Assembly (NCBI GenBank): GCA_043827405.1
Contig: JBDRPD010000050.1
Span: forward strand, 32,001-96,000
Source of the DNA: Elusimicrobiota bacterium
GTDB lineage: Bacteria; Elusimicrobiota; Elusimicrobia; UBA1565
DNA: 64,000 nucleotides
Reading direction: 5' to 3'
Shown: positions 41,071-51,189 of the stretch, piece after piece
Layout of the letters: the number at the start of each line of letters is the position of its first letter
Position numbering within the stretch: position 1 is the stretch's first letter
Notes under the pieces: model-generated
Seen by the model: the letters and a program-made list of their open reading frames with translations, nothing else
The model's database searches: none
What the model was told of the DNA's origin: nothing
Made by a program: the position numbers and the translations under genes

Positions 41071-42915
41071 ATGGAACGGGAACGCCGACTTTGGGCGCAG
41101 AAGCTGCCGCCGATAATCGTCGTTATATTCGCCTTCCTCTACAACTTCCCCTGCGGCTTGCGCTGGTTTGACCTATTTGACACTTCCATCATATTCGATG
41201 GAAGCTACCGCATGCTCTGCGGCCAGATACCCTGGCGTGATTTCTACGCTCCGTTCGGCCCTTTTCTATTTGGAGCGCAGGCGCTGATTTTTTCAGTTAT
41301 GGGCCCCTCATATCTCGCCTATGTCACATTTGCCTCGATCTTGAACGCAGCCATCACCGGCATTTTCCTGGCCTATGCCCATCGCCTCAGCCGGGACCGC
41401 TGGTTCTACCTCGCGGCGGCCATGGTCACGGCGATATGGAGCCTGCCGATGCATCGTGGGTACCCCTGGTACGAACACGGAGCGTTCCTGTTTGTGCACC
41501 TTGCTCTCTGGCCCCTACTGACGTCATCTCCCCGCAAGAATAATATCTGGCCAGCCGTTATCGCCGGCCTGGCAATCGCCGGCGCCTACTATGTGAAGCA
41601 GAGCGTCGGCGCCGTAGGCGGTCTGGTGCTGACGCTTTACCTGCTTCAGCTCGACTCCTGGAAGCGCGCTTGCTGGTTCATCGGCGGAGGCGCGCTGGGA
41701 TTCGCGGCGCTGACCGGCTGCTGGGTCGCGCTGGGCGGTGTCGACGCGGTATTTCGCTACACCTTCCTCCTTCCCCTGACCATGGGGCGGCACACCGGCC
41801 TGATCGAACCGCAGATGATCCCGTTATGGCTGGCCTTCGCTTTCGCGGGCAGATTCTTTCTTAAACGGAATGAATGGTGGCTGTGGATACCCACGGCATT
41901 CGCGTTGGCAAAATGCGCCGTAAGCCGCGCTATCTCTCTATATTTCTTCGCGCCGCTCCTAGCGCTCGCCTTCACGCGGCGACCCCGGGATCGGGCCTTG
42001 CTGTTGAGCCTGTCGCTGATCCAATATTTGGCGAAGCTGCTTTCGCCGAACGAAAGCTACGAATTCTTAATGTTGATCGGCGCGCAGCTCCTGATCTGTT
42101 CCGAAGCCGCGATGATTTGGCTGGCTGCGCATCGCGAAAAAATTCGCCAGCTTATCGGTCTTTCCGATGCGCGCTTCGCCCGCGCCTCTCTACTGGCGGT
42201 TTTTCTCTATGCACTATTCGTCGGCATCCGCTACGGACTGCTGAGAAAGATCACTCTTGCCTGGCTCTGGGTCCCGGTCGTCGGACCAGCATTCGGAATT
42301 GCGGCGCTGCTGGTGGGCACGGCCTGCCTGCTGGCATTCCGGGACGCCCGCAAGCGGGCGCCACGATCCGGGAGCGCCCCCCCCTGGCTGGTCGGCGGCG
42401 CGGGCATCCTCACGATCGGCGTAGCGCTGTTCGCTTTTTCACAGAGCCTGCAGGTCTATCGTCGCAAGCTCTCGGAACGTCACATAGACGTTTCTCTGCG
42501 CCAGCCGGATTTAGACTTGCTTAAACACCTTTACATGGAGTCTGCGGTTGCCGCATCGCTGGAAGACGTAACAGCTTACCTCAGAGCCCTACCGCCGGAG
42601 GCGAAGACATTTTTTGTCTACCCGGATCCTGCCGTGCTGTACGCGCTGCTCGGACAACCGCCCCCGCAGCCCTTTGTCTGGTTCCATCCCCAACTGACCT
42701 ACCGTAAGGGAGAACCGGATGAACCACGGCTGTGCGGAGCCCTGCGGCGCAACGGCGTGCGCACCGTTATTGTGCGCTCCCGCGACCCTGACACGACGCT
42801 GAGCGCCATCCCCTGCCTGGCGCAGTGGCTCGATACGACATTCTCCATGGAGACGAGATTTGGGGATTTTCACGTGTATCGATTTGGGAAAAAGGACAAA
42901 GTCTTCGTAAAATAG
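41071..42915 (+). CDS. GT-C-like polytopic membrane glycosyltransferase candidate
   Basis: First-loop D...G.R...GQIPWRDFYAPFGP, KQ..G motif, many TMs, C-terminal soluble domain. Confidence 0.65.
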   Translation: MERERRLWAQKLPPIIVVIFAFLYNFPCGLRWFDLFDTSIIFDGSYRMLCGQIPWRDFYAPFGPFLFGAQALIFSVMGPSYLAYVTFASILNAAITGIFLAYAHRLSRDRWFYLAAAMVTAIWSLPMHRGYPWYEHGAFLFVHLALWPLLTSSPRKNNIWPAVIAGLAIAGAYYVKQSVGAVGGLVLTLYLLQLDSWKRACWFIGGGALGFAALTGCWVALGGVDAVFRYTFLLPLTMGRHTGLIEPQMIPLWLAFAFAGRFFLKRNEWWLWIPTAFALAKCAVSRAISLYFFAPLLALAFTRRPRDRALLLSLSLIQYLAKLLSPNESYEFLMLIGAQLLICSEAAMIWLAAHREKIRQLIGLSDARFARASLLAVFLYALFVGIRYGLLRKITLAWLWVPVVGPAFGIAALLVGTACLLAFRDARKRAPRSGSAPPWLVGGAGILTIGVALFAFSQSLQVYRRKLSERHIDVSLRQPDLDLLKHLYMESAVAASLEDVTAYLRALPPEAKTFFVYPDPAVLYALLGQPPPQPFVWFHPQLTYRKGEPDEPRLCGALRRNGVRTVIVRSRDPDTTLSAIPCLAQWLDTTFSMETRFGDFHVYRFGKKDKVFVK

Positions 42916-42916
42916 G

Positions 42917-43963
42917 ATGAATATGCATCTCGTCACGGGCGGTTCCGGCTATGTCGGCAGCTTTATCGCGCACGAACTGCTCCGACGCGGTGAGTCCGTC
43001 CGCGTCGTGGATTTGCTCGACCCCGTCCTCCAGCATCCACGCCTAGCATTCCACAAGCTCGATGTTCTGGATGCCGCCGGTCTGCGCGCGGCCATGACGG
43101 GAGTCGAATACGTCCACCATACCGCAGCACTGGTCCCGCTACGCAAAGCCGGGGCTCGCTTTTGGGAAGTCAACGTACGGGGAACGGAAAACGTGCTGAC
43201 CGCCGCGCGGGAGGCGGGCGTAAAGCATTTCTCCCACATGGGCTCATCCGCCGTCTTCGGCGCACACACGAAGACCGATTGCCCCATCACGGAAAGCACC
43301 CGCCGGCAGCCGATCGAGATTTACGGACGGAGCAAGTTGGCCGGGGAGGACCTCGTGCTCCAAGAAAATGAACGGCACGGCGGAATGACGTGTTCAATCA
43401 TCCGGCCGCGCACGATCGTGGGGACCGAGCGCCTCGGTATTTTCCAAGTCCTATTTGAATGGCTCAGTGAAGGGCGCGCCATCTATATCATCGGCGACGG
43501 GTCCAATGTCTTTCAGTTCGTGCATATAGACGATATTGTTGCCGTCAGCGTGGAGTCCGCGCTAAAACGCACACCGGGCATATTCAATATAGGAACCGAC
43601 CGTTACGGCACCCTGCGCGAGGCGCTAGAGAACCTCAGCCGCCACGCCGCCACGGGCTCCCGCATCCGCGGCCTTCCCGTCGCCCCCAGCATGGCCGCCC
43701 TATGGGCGCTGGATCATATGGGGCTATGTCCGCTCGCGCCATGGCATTACCGAACCTACCATAAGGATTTTTACTTCGACCTAAAAAAGCCTTTTCGGGA
43801 ACTTTCTTGGCGACCGAAGTACTCCAACGACGAGATGCTGGCGATCTCTTACGATTGGTATATGAAGAATAAGAAAAAAATCGACGCCGAATCCTCCACG
43901 GGCTCGGCACACCGCAGCCGCATCTCCCAACGCGCACTCGGCCTACTAAAGCGACTGTCGTAA
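42917..43963 (+). CDS. NAD-dependent epimerase/dehydratase (extended SDR)
   Basis: VTGGSGYVG, HTAA, YGRSK. Confidence 0.92.
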   Translation: MNMHLVTGGSGYVGSFIAHELLRRGESVRVVDLLDPVLQHPRLAFHKLDVLDAAGLRAAMTGVEYVHHTAALVPLRKAGARFWEVNVRGTENVLTAAREAGVKHFSHMGSSAVFGAHTKTDCPITESTRRQPIEIYGRSKLAGEDLVLQENERHGGMTCSIIRPRTIVGTERLGIFQVLFEWLSEGRAIYIIGDGSNVFQFVHIDDIVAVSVESALKRTPGIFNIGTDRYGTLREALENLSRHAATGSRIRGLPVAPSMAALWALDHMGLCPLAPWHYRTYHKDFYFDLKKPFRELSWRPKYSNDEMLAISYDWYMKNKKKIDAESSTGSAHRSRISQRALGLLKRLS

Positions 43964-43968
43964 CCCTC

Positions 43969-45027
43969 TCACGCGCCGCCGGCAGACATCTGCCCCTGCG
44001 CGATGCACCAGGCGATAGAGCGCCGCATCCCCTCCGCTAAAGCGATTCGCGGATCGTAGCCGATTTCCGCTTGGGCTCGGGCAATCGAACAGGCGATATC
44101 CTGATTCGTCTCCGAAAGCACATGGATCTTCTGGTGATATAATCCGGCGGCCTGCAGCAGCCGGTCAGTCGCCCGGGCGACATCGGCAGCGATACCGGGC
44201 AGCGGCAGTCTCCCTCGGCGTACCGGCATGGAAAAATCATTTTCCATAACCCGCTCAATCGTCTCGATAACCTCGTTCCAAGTATAGGGGCGCTTATCGG
44301 CGATCCAATAAGTTTGCCCCGCGGCCCGCGGCTCACGAGCCGCCAGCAATAGGCCGGCGCAAAGATTATCGATATACGCCATGGAACGCCGGCATTGTCC
44401 ACCACCGACTACCGGCACGCGGCCCTCTCGTATCATTTCAAAGAACAGGGATTGGCGCGGCGGCTGGTTCGGACCATAAAACCAGGGGGCGCGGATAATC
44501 ACACTTTCCAACGTTCCCGACGCATGCAACTCACGCACCAGAAGCTCCATATGCATTTTCGAGCGGCCATAGTGCATATATGGATTGTAGGGCGAAAATT
44601 CGTCAAACAGATGGTCTGGATGCGGGTTGCAGCCGCAAGGAGAGTTGGAGGAGACGATGACGGCGCGCCGCACGCCCGCTTTCGCGGCAGCCGTTAGAAG
44701 ATTACGCACTCCGTTGACGTTTACCTCATAATACTCCCGCACCCGGCGCGGATGGATCACTCCCGCACAATGATAGAGCACGGCGTCGCGCATCCCGGAA
44801 CAAAAGCGTCCGCAATCCGCGGGGCTGCGCAGATCCCCCTCCACCAACTCAAGTCGCGGCGCCAGTGCGGCAAGCGCCCGCTTTTGACCCGACAGGACGA
44901 AGCAGCGCGGCGGCGCGGCGGCGTCCTGCGCCAAGAATTCCGCCATCCGCGAACCGAGCCAACCCGTCGCACCGGTAACCAGCGCGGGCCCGCCGATCGG
45001 TCGGATACGGGGTTCATCGACGCACAT
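43969..45027 (-). CDS. NAD-dependent epimerase/dehydratase (extended SDR)
   Basis: VTGATGWLG, HCAG, VSSNS, YGRSK. Confidence 0.92.
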   Translation of the reverse strand: MCVDEPRIRPIGGPALVTGATGWLGSRMAEFLAQDAAAPPRCFVLSGQKRALAALAPRLELVEGDLRSPADCGRFCSGMRDAVLYHCAGVIHPRRVREYYEVNVNGVRNLLTAAAKAGVRRAVIVSSNSPCGCNPHPDHLFDEFSPYNPYMHYGRSKMHMELLVRELHASGTLESVIIRAPWFYGPNQPPRQSLFFEMIREGRVPVVGGGQCRRSMAYIDNLCAGLLLAAREPRAAGQTYWIADKRPYTWNEVIETIERVMENDFSMPVRRGRLPLPGIAADVARATDRLLQAAGLYHQKIHVLSETNQDIACSIARAQAEIGYDPRIALAEGMRRSIAWCIAQGQMSAGGA

Positions 45028-45028
45028 C

Positions 45029-46492
45029 TTAAAGCTTCCCCAGATGGGCTAGAGCGTTTCGCCGCGCGATCGCCATAATCGCCCCCTGAGGGTTCACCCC
45101 TGGCGGGCCGCAGAGCAAACTCGCATCGGCGATATGGAGATTCTTATGCCCGAACACGCGACCAAAGGAATCCGCCGTGCAGGCGGCCCGCTTTTCCCCC
45201 ATGGGACACGTTGAGAAGAGATGGACGGTCATCAGTCCGGCCAGCTCGCCGGCCAGGACCTTGGGCAAGCTTCGGAGATCGCCCGGACCGCGAAGCTCTC
45301 TCATGCCGGTCACGACAGGATAGAGGCGCTTCGCGCCCGCCGCGAAAAGAAGCTGTGCGAGCCGGCACAGCCCCTTCGCCAGCTCACGGAGATCATTTTC
45401 TGAGACAGGGTAGCGCACCACCGGATCGAAGAACCCGGGAACGGTACGGACAGAACCGCTGACAGCGGATGGCGTCATCGCGTAGAACACCGCCATATTC
45501 CTCCATGAATCATTCACCCGTCGCAGGCACTCGGGGTGCCCCAGCAGCGCCATCGCCAAATGCGGGGGGGAACTGATCGAACAGCCGAACGACAGGCCCT
45601 GCGCCGCGTCTTTGACCTGATGCGCCGGCACCCCCATTCCCTCCGCATTGACTGCTTCTGGGAACTCCGCGACAAGTTTGACGGTCGGATGGAGTCCGAG
45701 AGAGTCGCCGACATGGGCGCCCAGGCCGCTGCGCCGCAATAGTGCAGGAGTCCCCACCGCGCCGCAGGCCAAAAACAGGGTGTGTGCGCGGATGGCGCAA
45801 GGCTTATGACGCGCCGTCACCGCTTCGACTCGCCAATCCGTCCCATCACGGCGGATGCGCGTCGCCTTTGTCTCCGCGATCAAGCGCCCGCCCGCCTTTA
45901 GAAAGCGCGGGATATACGTACGCGACATCGTCTGCTTGATTCCTTCTCGTGGAGACTCCTCGACGGGGTAACCGCACATCCGCGGTACCTCAAAGCACGT
46001 CAGGCCCTCCGCTTGAGCGCCGGCGGCGAGCTTGCGCGCGGGCATTTCCGCCCCGCCGGGGGCCCGGCCGACAGTGAGCTCCTGTTCGCACGCCGCGAAA
46101 TGAGACTGCAGCTCCTGCTCTGTAAGATGTTCGGTGTGAAAATCCTGCCGCCACCGATCGAGTACGGCGGACGGAAGGCGATGGAATAATGCGCTGTTGA
46201 TCTCGCTGCCTCCTCCCACCACCCGACCTTCCGCATACGTGATGCGTGCACGCCCCATCGCGACCGTCACGCCGCCGTTGCGGTATTTCTGCAGGACCTC
46301 TACCAGCGAGAATGCGGGACAGGATTCGGGCGCCAAACGTCGCCCTTCTTCAATAAGGACGACATCCCGCCCCGCCTCGGCCAAGAGAGCGGCAGTCAAG
46401 GCGCCACCCGGACCAGAACCGACCACGGCGATGTCCGCGCAAACGAGACCGGGGCATTGAGAATCCGCTGCGCCGGGCGCCGATTTAGACAT
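45029..46492 (-). CDS. GMC-family flavin oxidoreductase
   Basis: VVGSGPGG, VGGGSEINS, GAVGTPALL, HLFSTCPMG, GVNPQ. Confidence 0.9.
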   Translation of the reverse strand: MSKSAPGAADSQCPGLVCADIAVVGSGPGGALTAALLAEAGRDVVLIEEGRRLAPESCPAFSLVEVLQKYRNGGVTVAMGRARITYAEGRVVGGGSEINSALFHRLPSAVLDRWRQDFHTEHLTEQELQSHFAACEQELTVGRAPGGAEMPARKLAAGAQAEGLTCFEVPRMCGYPVEESPREGIKQTMSRTYIPRFLKAGGRLIAETKATRIRRDGTDWRVEAVTARHKPCAIRAHTLFLACGAVGTPALLRRSGLGAHVGDSLGLHPTVKLVAEFPEAVNAEGMGVPAHQVKDAAQGLSFGCSISSPPHLAMALLGHPECLRRVNDSWRNMAVFYAMTPSAVSGSVRTVPGFFDPVVRYPVSENDLRELAKGLCRLAQLLFAAGAKRLYPVVTGMRELRGPGDLRSLPKVLAGELAGLMTVHLFSTCPMGEKRAACTADSFGRVFGHKNLHIADASLLCGPPGVNPQGAIMAIARRNALAHLGKL

Positions 46493-46868
46493 AATCCCGA
46501 AGCCCCGCGCATTTAGAATTTTTTCCTAAACGGGAATAGAGGGCAAAGACCGCAAGCCCCTCAAAAAAGCGGATAAAGTCGCGGCAGGCGCGCAGCCGCG
46601 CGCGGCGCCAGGAGCGGACCTGCTCCAGGCGCACGCCACGGGGGTTGCGATGGAAGAAGCTCCCGCCGCGCGCCACTCCCGCCACAGCGAATGCCAACGT
46701 CAACAACCTCATCGGCAGGCGCAGATAGTCCGGCATGCGTGCAAGCTCAAGTTCCAAGAACAGAGCGACATCATTGTACGGCGCGGCCAGTTCGGCGCTC
46801 TCGGACGGAGCGGCCTCCGCGGCGAGCGAATACGCCAAGGCGGAAACGGTATTACGGAGAAGAGCCAT
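46485..46868 (-). CDS. Small protein, possible accessory subunit of the GMC enzyme
   Basis: Tightly coupled between UbiA and GMC genes; helical, ends ...FALYS; family not confirmed. Confidence 0.6.
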   Translation of the reverse strand: MALLRNTVSALAYSLAAEAAPSESAELAAPYNDVALFLELELARMPDYLRLPMRLLTLAFAVAGVARGGSFFHRNPRGVRLEQVRSWRRARLRACRDFIRFFEGLAVFALYSRLGKNSKCAGLRDYV

Positions 46869-46871
46869 GGA

Positions 46872-48320
46872 CTATTTGCTCGCGAACGCGAGGATGCAAC
46901 CCATGATCAGGGCCGTAATATAGCTGACCCGGTCCTGCAAGGCGAAAACCACTGGGTCATGATTAACCTGCCCGCGATGTGCAAGGAACCAAATGCGGTT
47001 GAACCAATACAAAATGATCGGGCAGACGATCCAGAGCAGCGCGGGCCGAGCATAGAACTGCAGCATCTGCTCACTATTGATATAGAGCGCGAAGACCAGC
47101 GCCGCGAGATAACCGCTGGTCGCCCCCATATTCATCAACTGATCCATATCCGACGGTCGGTACGCCCGCTCCCGCGCAGATGCGCGGGAATCGCTGTGAA
47201 TCCGCCGCAGTTCAACATAGCGCTTCAGCAGCGCGAGGCTCAGAAACGCGAACATCGAAAAAGCCAGCAGCCAGGGAGAATAGGGCAGCCCAGAAACGGC
47301 GTGTCCCGCGATCAGTCTCAAGGTGTAGAGAAAAGCGAGACAAAAAACATCAAGGAGAAGGACTTGACGAATAACGAGCGAGTACGCGACGGCACAGACG
47401 CCATAGGCAGCCAAAACCAAGAGGAAGCTCGAACCCGCCAGCAGGCCAAGAGCCCCGCTAGCGAGCAGCAGTAGCCCAGCCAAGGGCAGCCCGTAAACGA
47501 TGGGGAACGCTCCGGAAGCGAACGGGCGGCTCTTCTTGGACGGATGGACGCGGTCGGCGGCCAGGTCCAACAGGTCATTTATCAGATAGATGGCGCCCGC
47601 ACATAGGCTGAAGCTCAGCACGCCGGCCAGTCCCCGCAGCAGCAACGGGATATCCGTCAGCTGGTGCGCAGTGATGTAGGGAATAAAAATGAGGATGTTC
47701 TTGATCCAATGGTGGGGACGTATAGCCAGGAATAGGTTTTTCCAGAAGTCCGTCTTGATTTCGAACACCCGTTCGAGCCTTGCCTCCCGCTTGACGCGGG
47801 CCAGCAGAGAGCCGCTCGGGTTGACCACGAACGACTTGCGCGCGGCAGCGAACACGGGCAGGTCCTTAAACGAATCTCCCACATAGTCGAAGCCGCACAC
47901 CCCAAAACGCTGCCGCAAGACGTCCCTTTTTTCCTCGCCCGCGAGATTCCGCTCGCCGTCGCTCGCCACGATCTCGTCGAAAAATCCCAGGTGCTCAGCG
48001 ACGCATTCAGCCGCGCGCAGATCGCTAGCGGTCGCCAGCACGATACGCCGCCCAGACTCCCGCTCCCGCTTAATATAAAGTACCACCTCTTCGTTGTAGG
48101 GGAGAAGCGAGGCGTCGATCGAAACTCGAGCGGCAATCTCACGCTTAAAGGCCGCTCTCCCGCGCAGTAGCCAGAACGGAAGCAGCAGCATAAACAAAGG
48201 ATTGCGCTTAAGAAGAAGCAGCAGCGATTCGGCGAGAAGATCCGTACGAACTAACGAACCATCAAGATCCACGCACAACACCGGCAGGGAGCCGGATTTC
48301 TGTAAATTCTCTTGCCCCAT
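46872..48320 (-). CDS. HAD-UbiA fusion (polyprenyl-phosphate phosphoribosyltransferase-like)
   Basis: VDLDGSL, LATAS, YVGDS..D (HAD); IRPHHWIKN, YLINDLLDLAADRVHPSKKSRPFASG, DPVVFALQD. Confidence 0.92.
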   Translation of the reverse strand: MGQENLQKSGSLPVLCVDLDGSLVRTDLLAESLLLLLKRNPLFMLLLPFWLLRGRAAFKREIAARVSIDASLLPYNEEVVLYIKRERESGRRIVLATASDLRAAECVAEHLGFFDEIVASDGERNLAGEEKRDVLRQRFGVCGFDYVGDSFKDLPVFAAARKSFVVNPSGSLLARVKREARLERVFEIKTDFWKNLFLAIRPHHWIKNILIFIPYITAHQLTDIPLLLRGLAGVLSFSLCAGAIYLINDLLDLAADRVHPSKKSRPFASGAFPIVYGLPLAGLLLLASGALGLLAGSSFLLVLAAYGVCAVAYSLVIRQVLLLDVFCLAFLYTLRLIAGHAVSGLPYSPWLLAFSMFAFLSLALLKRYVELRRIHSDSRASARERAYRPSDMDQLMNMGATSGYLAALVFALYINSEQMLQFYARPALLWIVCPIILYWFNRIWFLAHRGQVNHDPVVFALQDRVSYITALIMGCILAFASK

Positions 48321-48371
48321 ATTAAAATTCGCCTGTAGCGTACTACATTTCTTTGCTGCCCGACCGGCTAA

Positions 48372-48815
48372 TCAGCGGCGCTTCTCGGCGGCGTCTTTAA
48401 TAGCGCCGGAGATATCGGGGTTCTTCTGCATCAGCGCATCCAGCCCGTCCTTCTCAAGCACAAAGCATCGCGTCGTCTCGATGCAGACGATGGTCGCCGA
48501 GCGCGGCTGATTGTAGATTAGAGCCAGCTCACCGAAGAAGTCGCCGCGGCCGAGCGTAGCGAGGGTTTTGCGCATGCCGAGAAATCCCTTGGTGCGGACG
48601 TCGACCCGGCCGCGGTAGAGGATATAGAAAGAGTCTCCCTCCTCGCCTTCCTTGAGGATGGTCTCACCCTCCTTAAACTCGACGAGGTCGACGTAAAACA
48701 TCAGGCGGCCGGCCTGCTCCTCGCTCAGCACCGAGAAAATATCAAGCTCTTTGAGGCTGTCCATCAGGAACTGAACATGGGCGCGCGAACGCGCCGCGGT
48801 GCTGATGATTCTCAT
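48372..48815 (-). CDS. Stand-alone cyclic-nucleotide-binding protein
   Basis: EGEEGDSFYI, GDFFGELAL, PRSATI. Confidence 0.92.
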   Translation of the reverse strand: MRIISTAARSRAHVQFLMDSLKELDIFSVLSEEQAGRLMFYVDLVEFKEGETILKEGEEGDSFYILYRGRVDVRTKGFLGMRKTLATLGRGDFFGELALIYNQPRSATIVCIETTRCFVLEKDGLDALMQKNPDISGAIKDAAEKRR

Positions 48816-48850
48816 ATGGATAGCTTAACAAACCTCGCCCCCGCCGGACC

Positions 48851-48879
48851 TTGACGGTCGGGGTCCGCTCCACTAAACT
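48851..48879 (+). promoter_or_regulatory. Sigma70 promoter
   Basis: TTGACG-N17-TAAACT, 9 nt before ATG 48889. Confidence 0.75.
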
Positions 48880-48888
48880 TATCTCAAG

Positions 48889-50379
48889 ATGGCACTCCGC
48901 ATCCTCTCTATCTTCGCGGCCTGCGGACTCTTCCTGACCGCGCCGGCGCACAGCCAATTTGACTACGAGCTCTACAATCGGGCGGTGCAGACGCGTTGGG
49001 TCTACATCTTAAGCAAAAACGATGTTGTATCGCAGGACTCGAGGATGCAGTCCCAGCTCTATCAACTGGAGAACGCCCAACGGATGGTGGAGGTCTACAA
49101 GACCGGCTACTACCACGATTACTATCAGGACCAGATGGACAAGGCCCAGACCGAAATCGAAAGCATCCAGGAGAAGATGGACCAGACGGCGGAGGTTCAT
49201 ATCAAGGCGGCCACCGAATACGCCGCGGTAGAGGACGAGCATAAAGAGAAGAACGGCCGCTACATGGATTCCTACCACTACAACGAAGCCTTCGCCATCC
49301 GGGAGGAGGCGAAAAAAGAAGCCGCCGCGAAAGCGGCCATCGAGGCCGCCCGCCAAGAGGCTGAGCGCGAGACCCAGGAGCAGAAGGAGGACGAAGAGAA
49401 GCGCGAGTCGCAAATAAAAGAAGAAGACGCGCGCAACGCCCGACAGCGGGAGCTGAGCAAGGCAGACATTCAGCGCGCCAAAAGCCTCGAAAAAGAGATG
49501 GGCGAAACGAAGATCGACCCGTCCATGCTCGTCGCGGCCGCCGCGGGCATGAAAATCAGCGGCATCGCAACGCCGCGCAACCCGCCGCCCGCCGAAGCGC
49601 CCGGCACGCCCCCCGCCATGCCGCCCCGGCCAAATGGCCCAGCGGACGACGCCAAAACATCCGCCGCGGGCGCCCCCCGGGCCGCCGCCGAGCAAACCCT
49701 GGACATCGAGCAGGCGGTAATGCCGACGAAAAGCCCGAATCAGGACGGACGCCGCCTCGGCGGCGCAGGCCTGCCCTTCATGCGCGAAGGGGAAACACAG
49801 CTCTCCCTCGGAGATCTCAATGAGGCGCTCAAGAAAGCGGCGGAGGCCGTCCGTGCCGACCCCGACCGGCCCGACGGCTACGTTCTGCAATCCAAGGTGC
49901 TTAATCGCCTCGGCCGGTTCGACGACGCCGCCCGCTCCGCGCAGGACGCGCTGCAGCGGGACCCCGACAACCTTGAGGCGCTCCTGGCCCTGGCCTGGGC
50001 GCAGCTCCATCTCAAGAATTACGCAGCCGCGGCGGCGATCGCCTCGGCGGCGGTATCCCGCCATCCGGAAGACGCGCGAGCCTACGTATTCCGGGCCTTC
50101 GCCAACGAATGCCTGGGAAACCGCGAGGCCATGCTGGCCGACCTGCGGATAGCGGCCGACCTCGACCCCCAACGCTTCGCGAAACACCTGCGCCGAGCGC
50201 TGAGAAACAAGACCCTGTTCGATCCCGGCACCAACAACGACTGGCTGATCCTGCCGGACGGCCGGTGGCCCGTCGAGAATTCCGGCAGATTCACCTCCTT
50301 GCTTATCGGCCTGCTGATCGGGAGCGGCGCGTCATTACTCGCCCTGCGCTTCATTCCGCGGCGCAAAAAAGACGCTTAA
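48889..50379 (+). CDS. Exported coiled-coil/TPR protein with C-terminal membrane anchor
   Basis: Signal peptide, charged coil, Pro-rich linker, about 4 TPRs, TM helix plus RRKK. Confidence 0.8.
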   Translation: MALRILSIFAACGLFLTAPAHSQFDYELYNRAVQTRWVYILSKNDVVSQDSRMQSQLYQLENAQRMVEVYKTGYYHDYYQDQMDKAQTEIESIQEKMDQTAEVHIKAATEYAAVEDEHKEKNGRYMDSYHYNEAFAIREEAKKEAAAKAAIEAARQEAERETQEQKEDEEKRESQIKEEDARNARQRELSKADIQRAKSLEKEMGETKIDPSMLVAAAAGMKISGIATPRNPPPAEAPGTPPAMPPRPNGPADDAKTSAAGAPRAAAEQTLDIEQAVMPTKSPNQDGRRLGGAGLPFMREGETQLSLGDLNEALKKAAEAVRADPDRPDGYVLQSKVLNRLGRFDDAARSAQDALQRDPDNLEALLALAWAQLHLKNYAAAAAIASAAVSRHPEDARAYVFRAFANECLGNREAMLADLRIAADLDPQRFAKHLRRALRNKTLFDPGTNNDWLILPDGRWPVENSGRFTSLLIGLLIGSGASLLALRFIPRRKKDA

Positions 50380-50425
50380 GACCGGGGGCCTGGCGCACAT
50401 TGAGTTTTGCGACTAAACTCTCAGC

Positions 50426-51055
50426 GTGATTGAGTATGTCATTGCGCAGAACCCGGACGACCGGATCCTGAAAAGGGCGAGCGATGTCCTATCCCGGGGG
50501 GGGCTGGTCTGCCTGCCCACGGACACCAACTGGGTCGTCTGCGCCGATCCATACTCGAAACACGGGGTCGAGAAGCTCTACCACCTCAAGAAAGCCGAGC
50601 CGCAGAAGCACTTCAGCGTGCTGTGCGACACGATCTCCCGGGCCGCCGAGATCGCGTATATCGACAACTCCGCCTTTCGTACGCTGCGCGGGAAAATCCC
50701 CGGCCATTTCACTTTCATCTTCCGGGCGCAAAAGAAGATCACCAAGAGTTTAAAAGCCTCAAAAAAGGACCACGAAATCGGCATCCGCTTTCCCCCCGAC
50801 ACACTGGTGCAGAGAATGATCGAAGCCCACGGCGGCGTTCTGCTGTCCACCAACCTGACCAGCGAGATGCTGGGACCCGATTCCAAGGACATGGAGCCTT
50901 ACGGCTACCTGATCGAGGACTCGCTAAAGCACGTTATCGACATCGTGCTCGATCCCGGCGAATTCCAGTTCGCGGGCGCCAGCACCATAGTGCGCTTGCT
51001 GGCCGACGCGGAGCCCGAGGTCCTGCGTCAGGGCGCCGGCAGCTGGGACGAATAA
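50426..51055 (+). CDS. Sua5/YciO/YrdC family protein
   Basis: LPTDTNW, PGHFTFI, IGIRFP, LLSTN, STIV, LRQGAG. Confidence 0.9.
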   Translation: MIEYVIAQNPDDRILKRASDVLSRGGLVCLPTDTNWVVCADPYSKHGVEKLYHLKKAEPQKHFSVLCDTISRAAEIAYIDNSAFRTLRGKIPGHFTFIFRAQKKITKSLKASKKDHEIGIRFPPDTLVQRMIEAHGGVLLSTNLTSEMLGPDSKDMEPYGYLIEDSLKHVIDIVLDPGEFQFAGASTIVRLLADAEPEVLRQGAGSWDE

Positions 51056-51078
51056 CCGCTGGCGGGCCGGACCGCAAA

Positions 51079-51156
51079 TACGTATAATTACGTATACCCC
51101 CCTCACCACGAAACCACACCTGATCGCACCTAATCGTACCCGATCGTACCCGACCG
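51079..51156. repeat. 10-bp-period intergenic repeats
   Basis: TACGTATA at 51079 and 51089; CACCTGATCG/CACCTAATCG/TACCCGATCG/TACCCGACCG 51117-51156. Confidence 0.75.
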
Positions 51157-51189
51157 CCATCGGCCGCACTAAGAGAGGCCCGTATTCGC

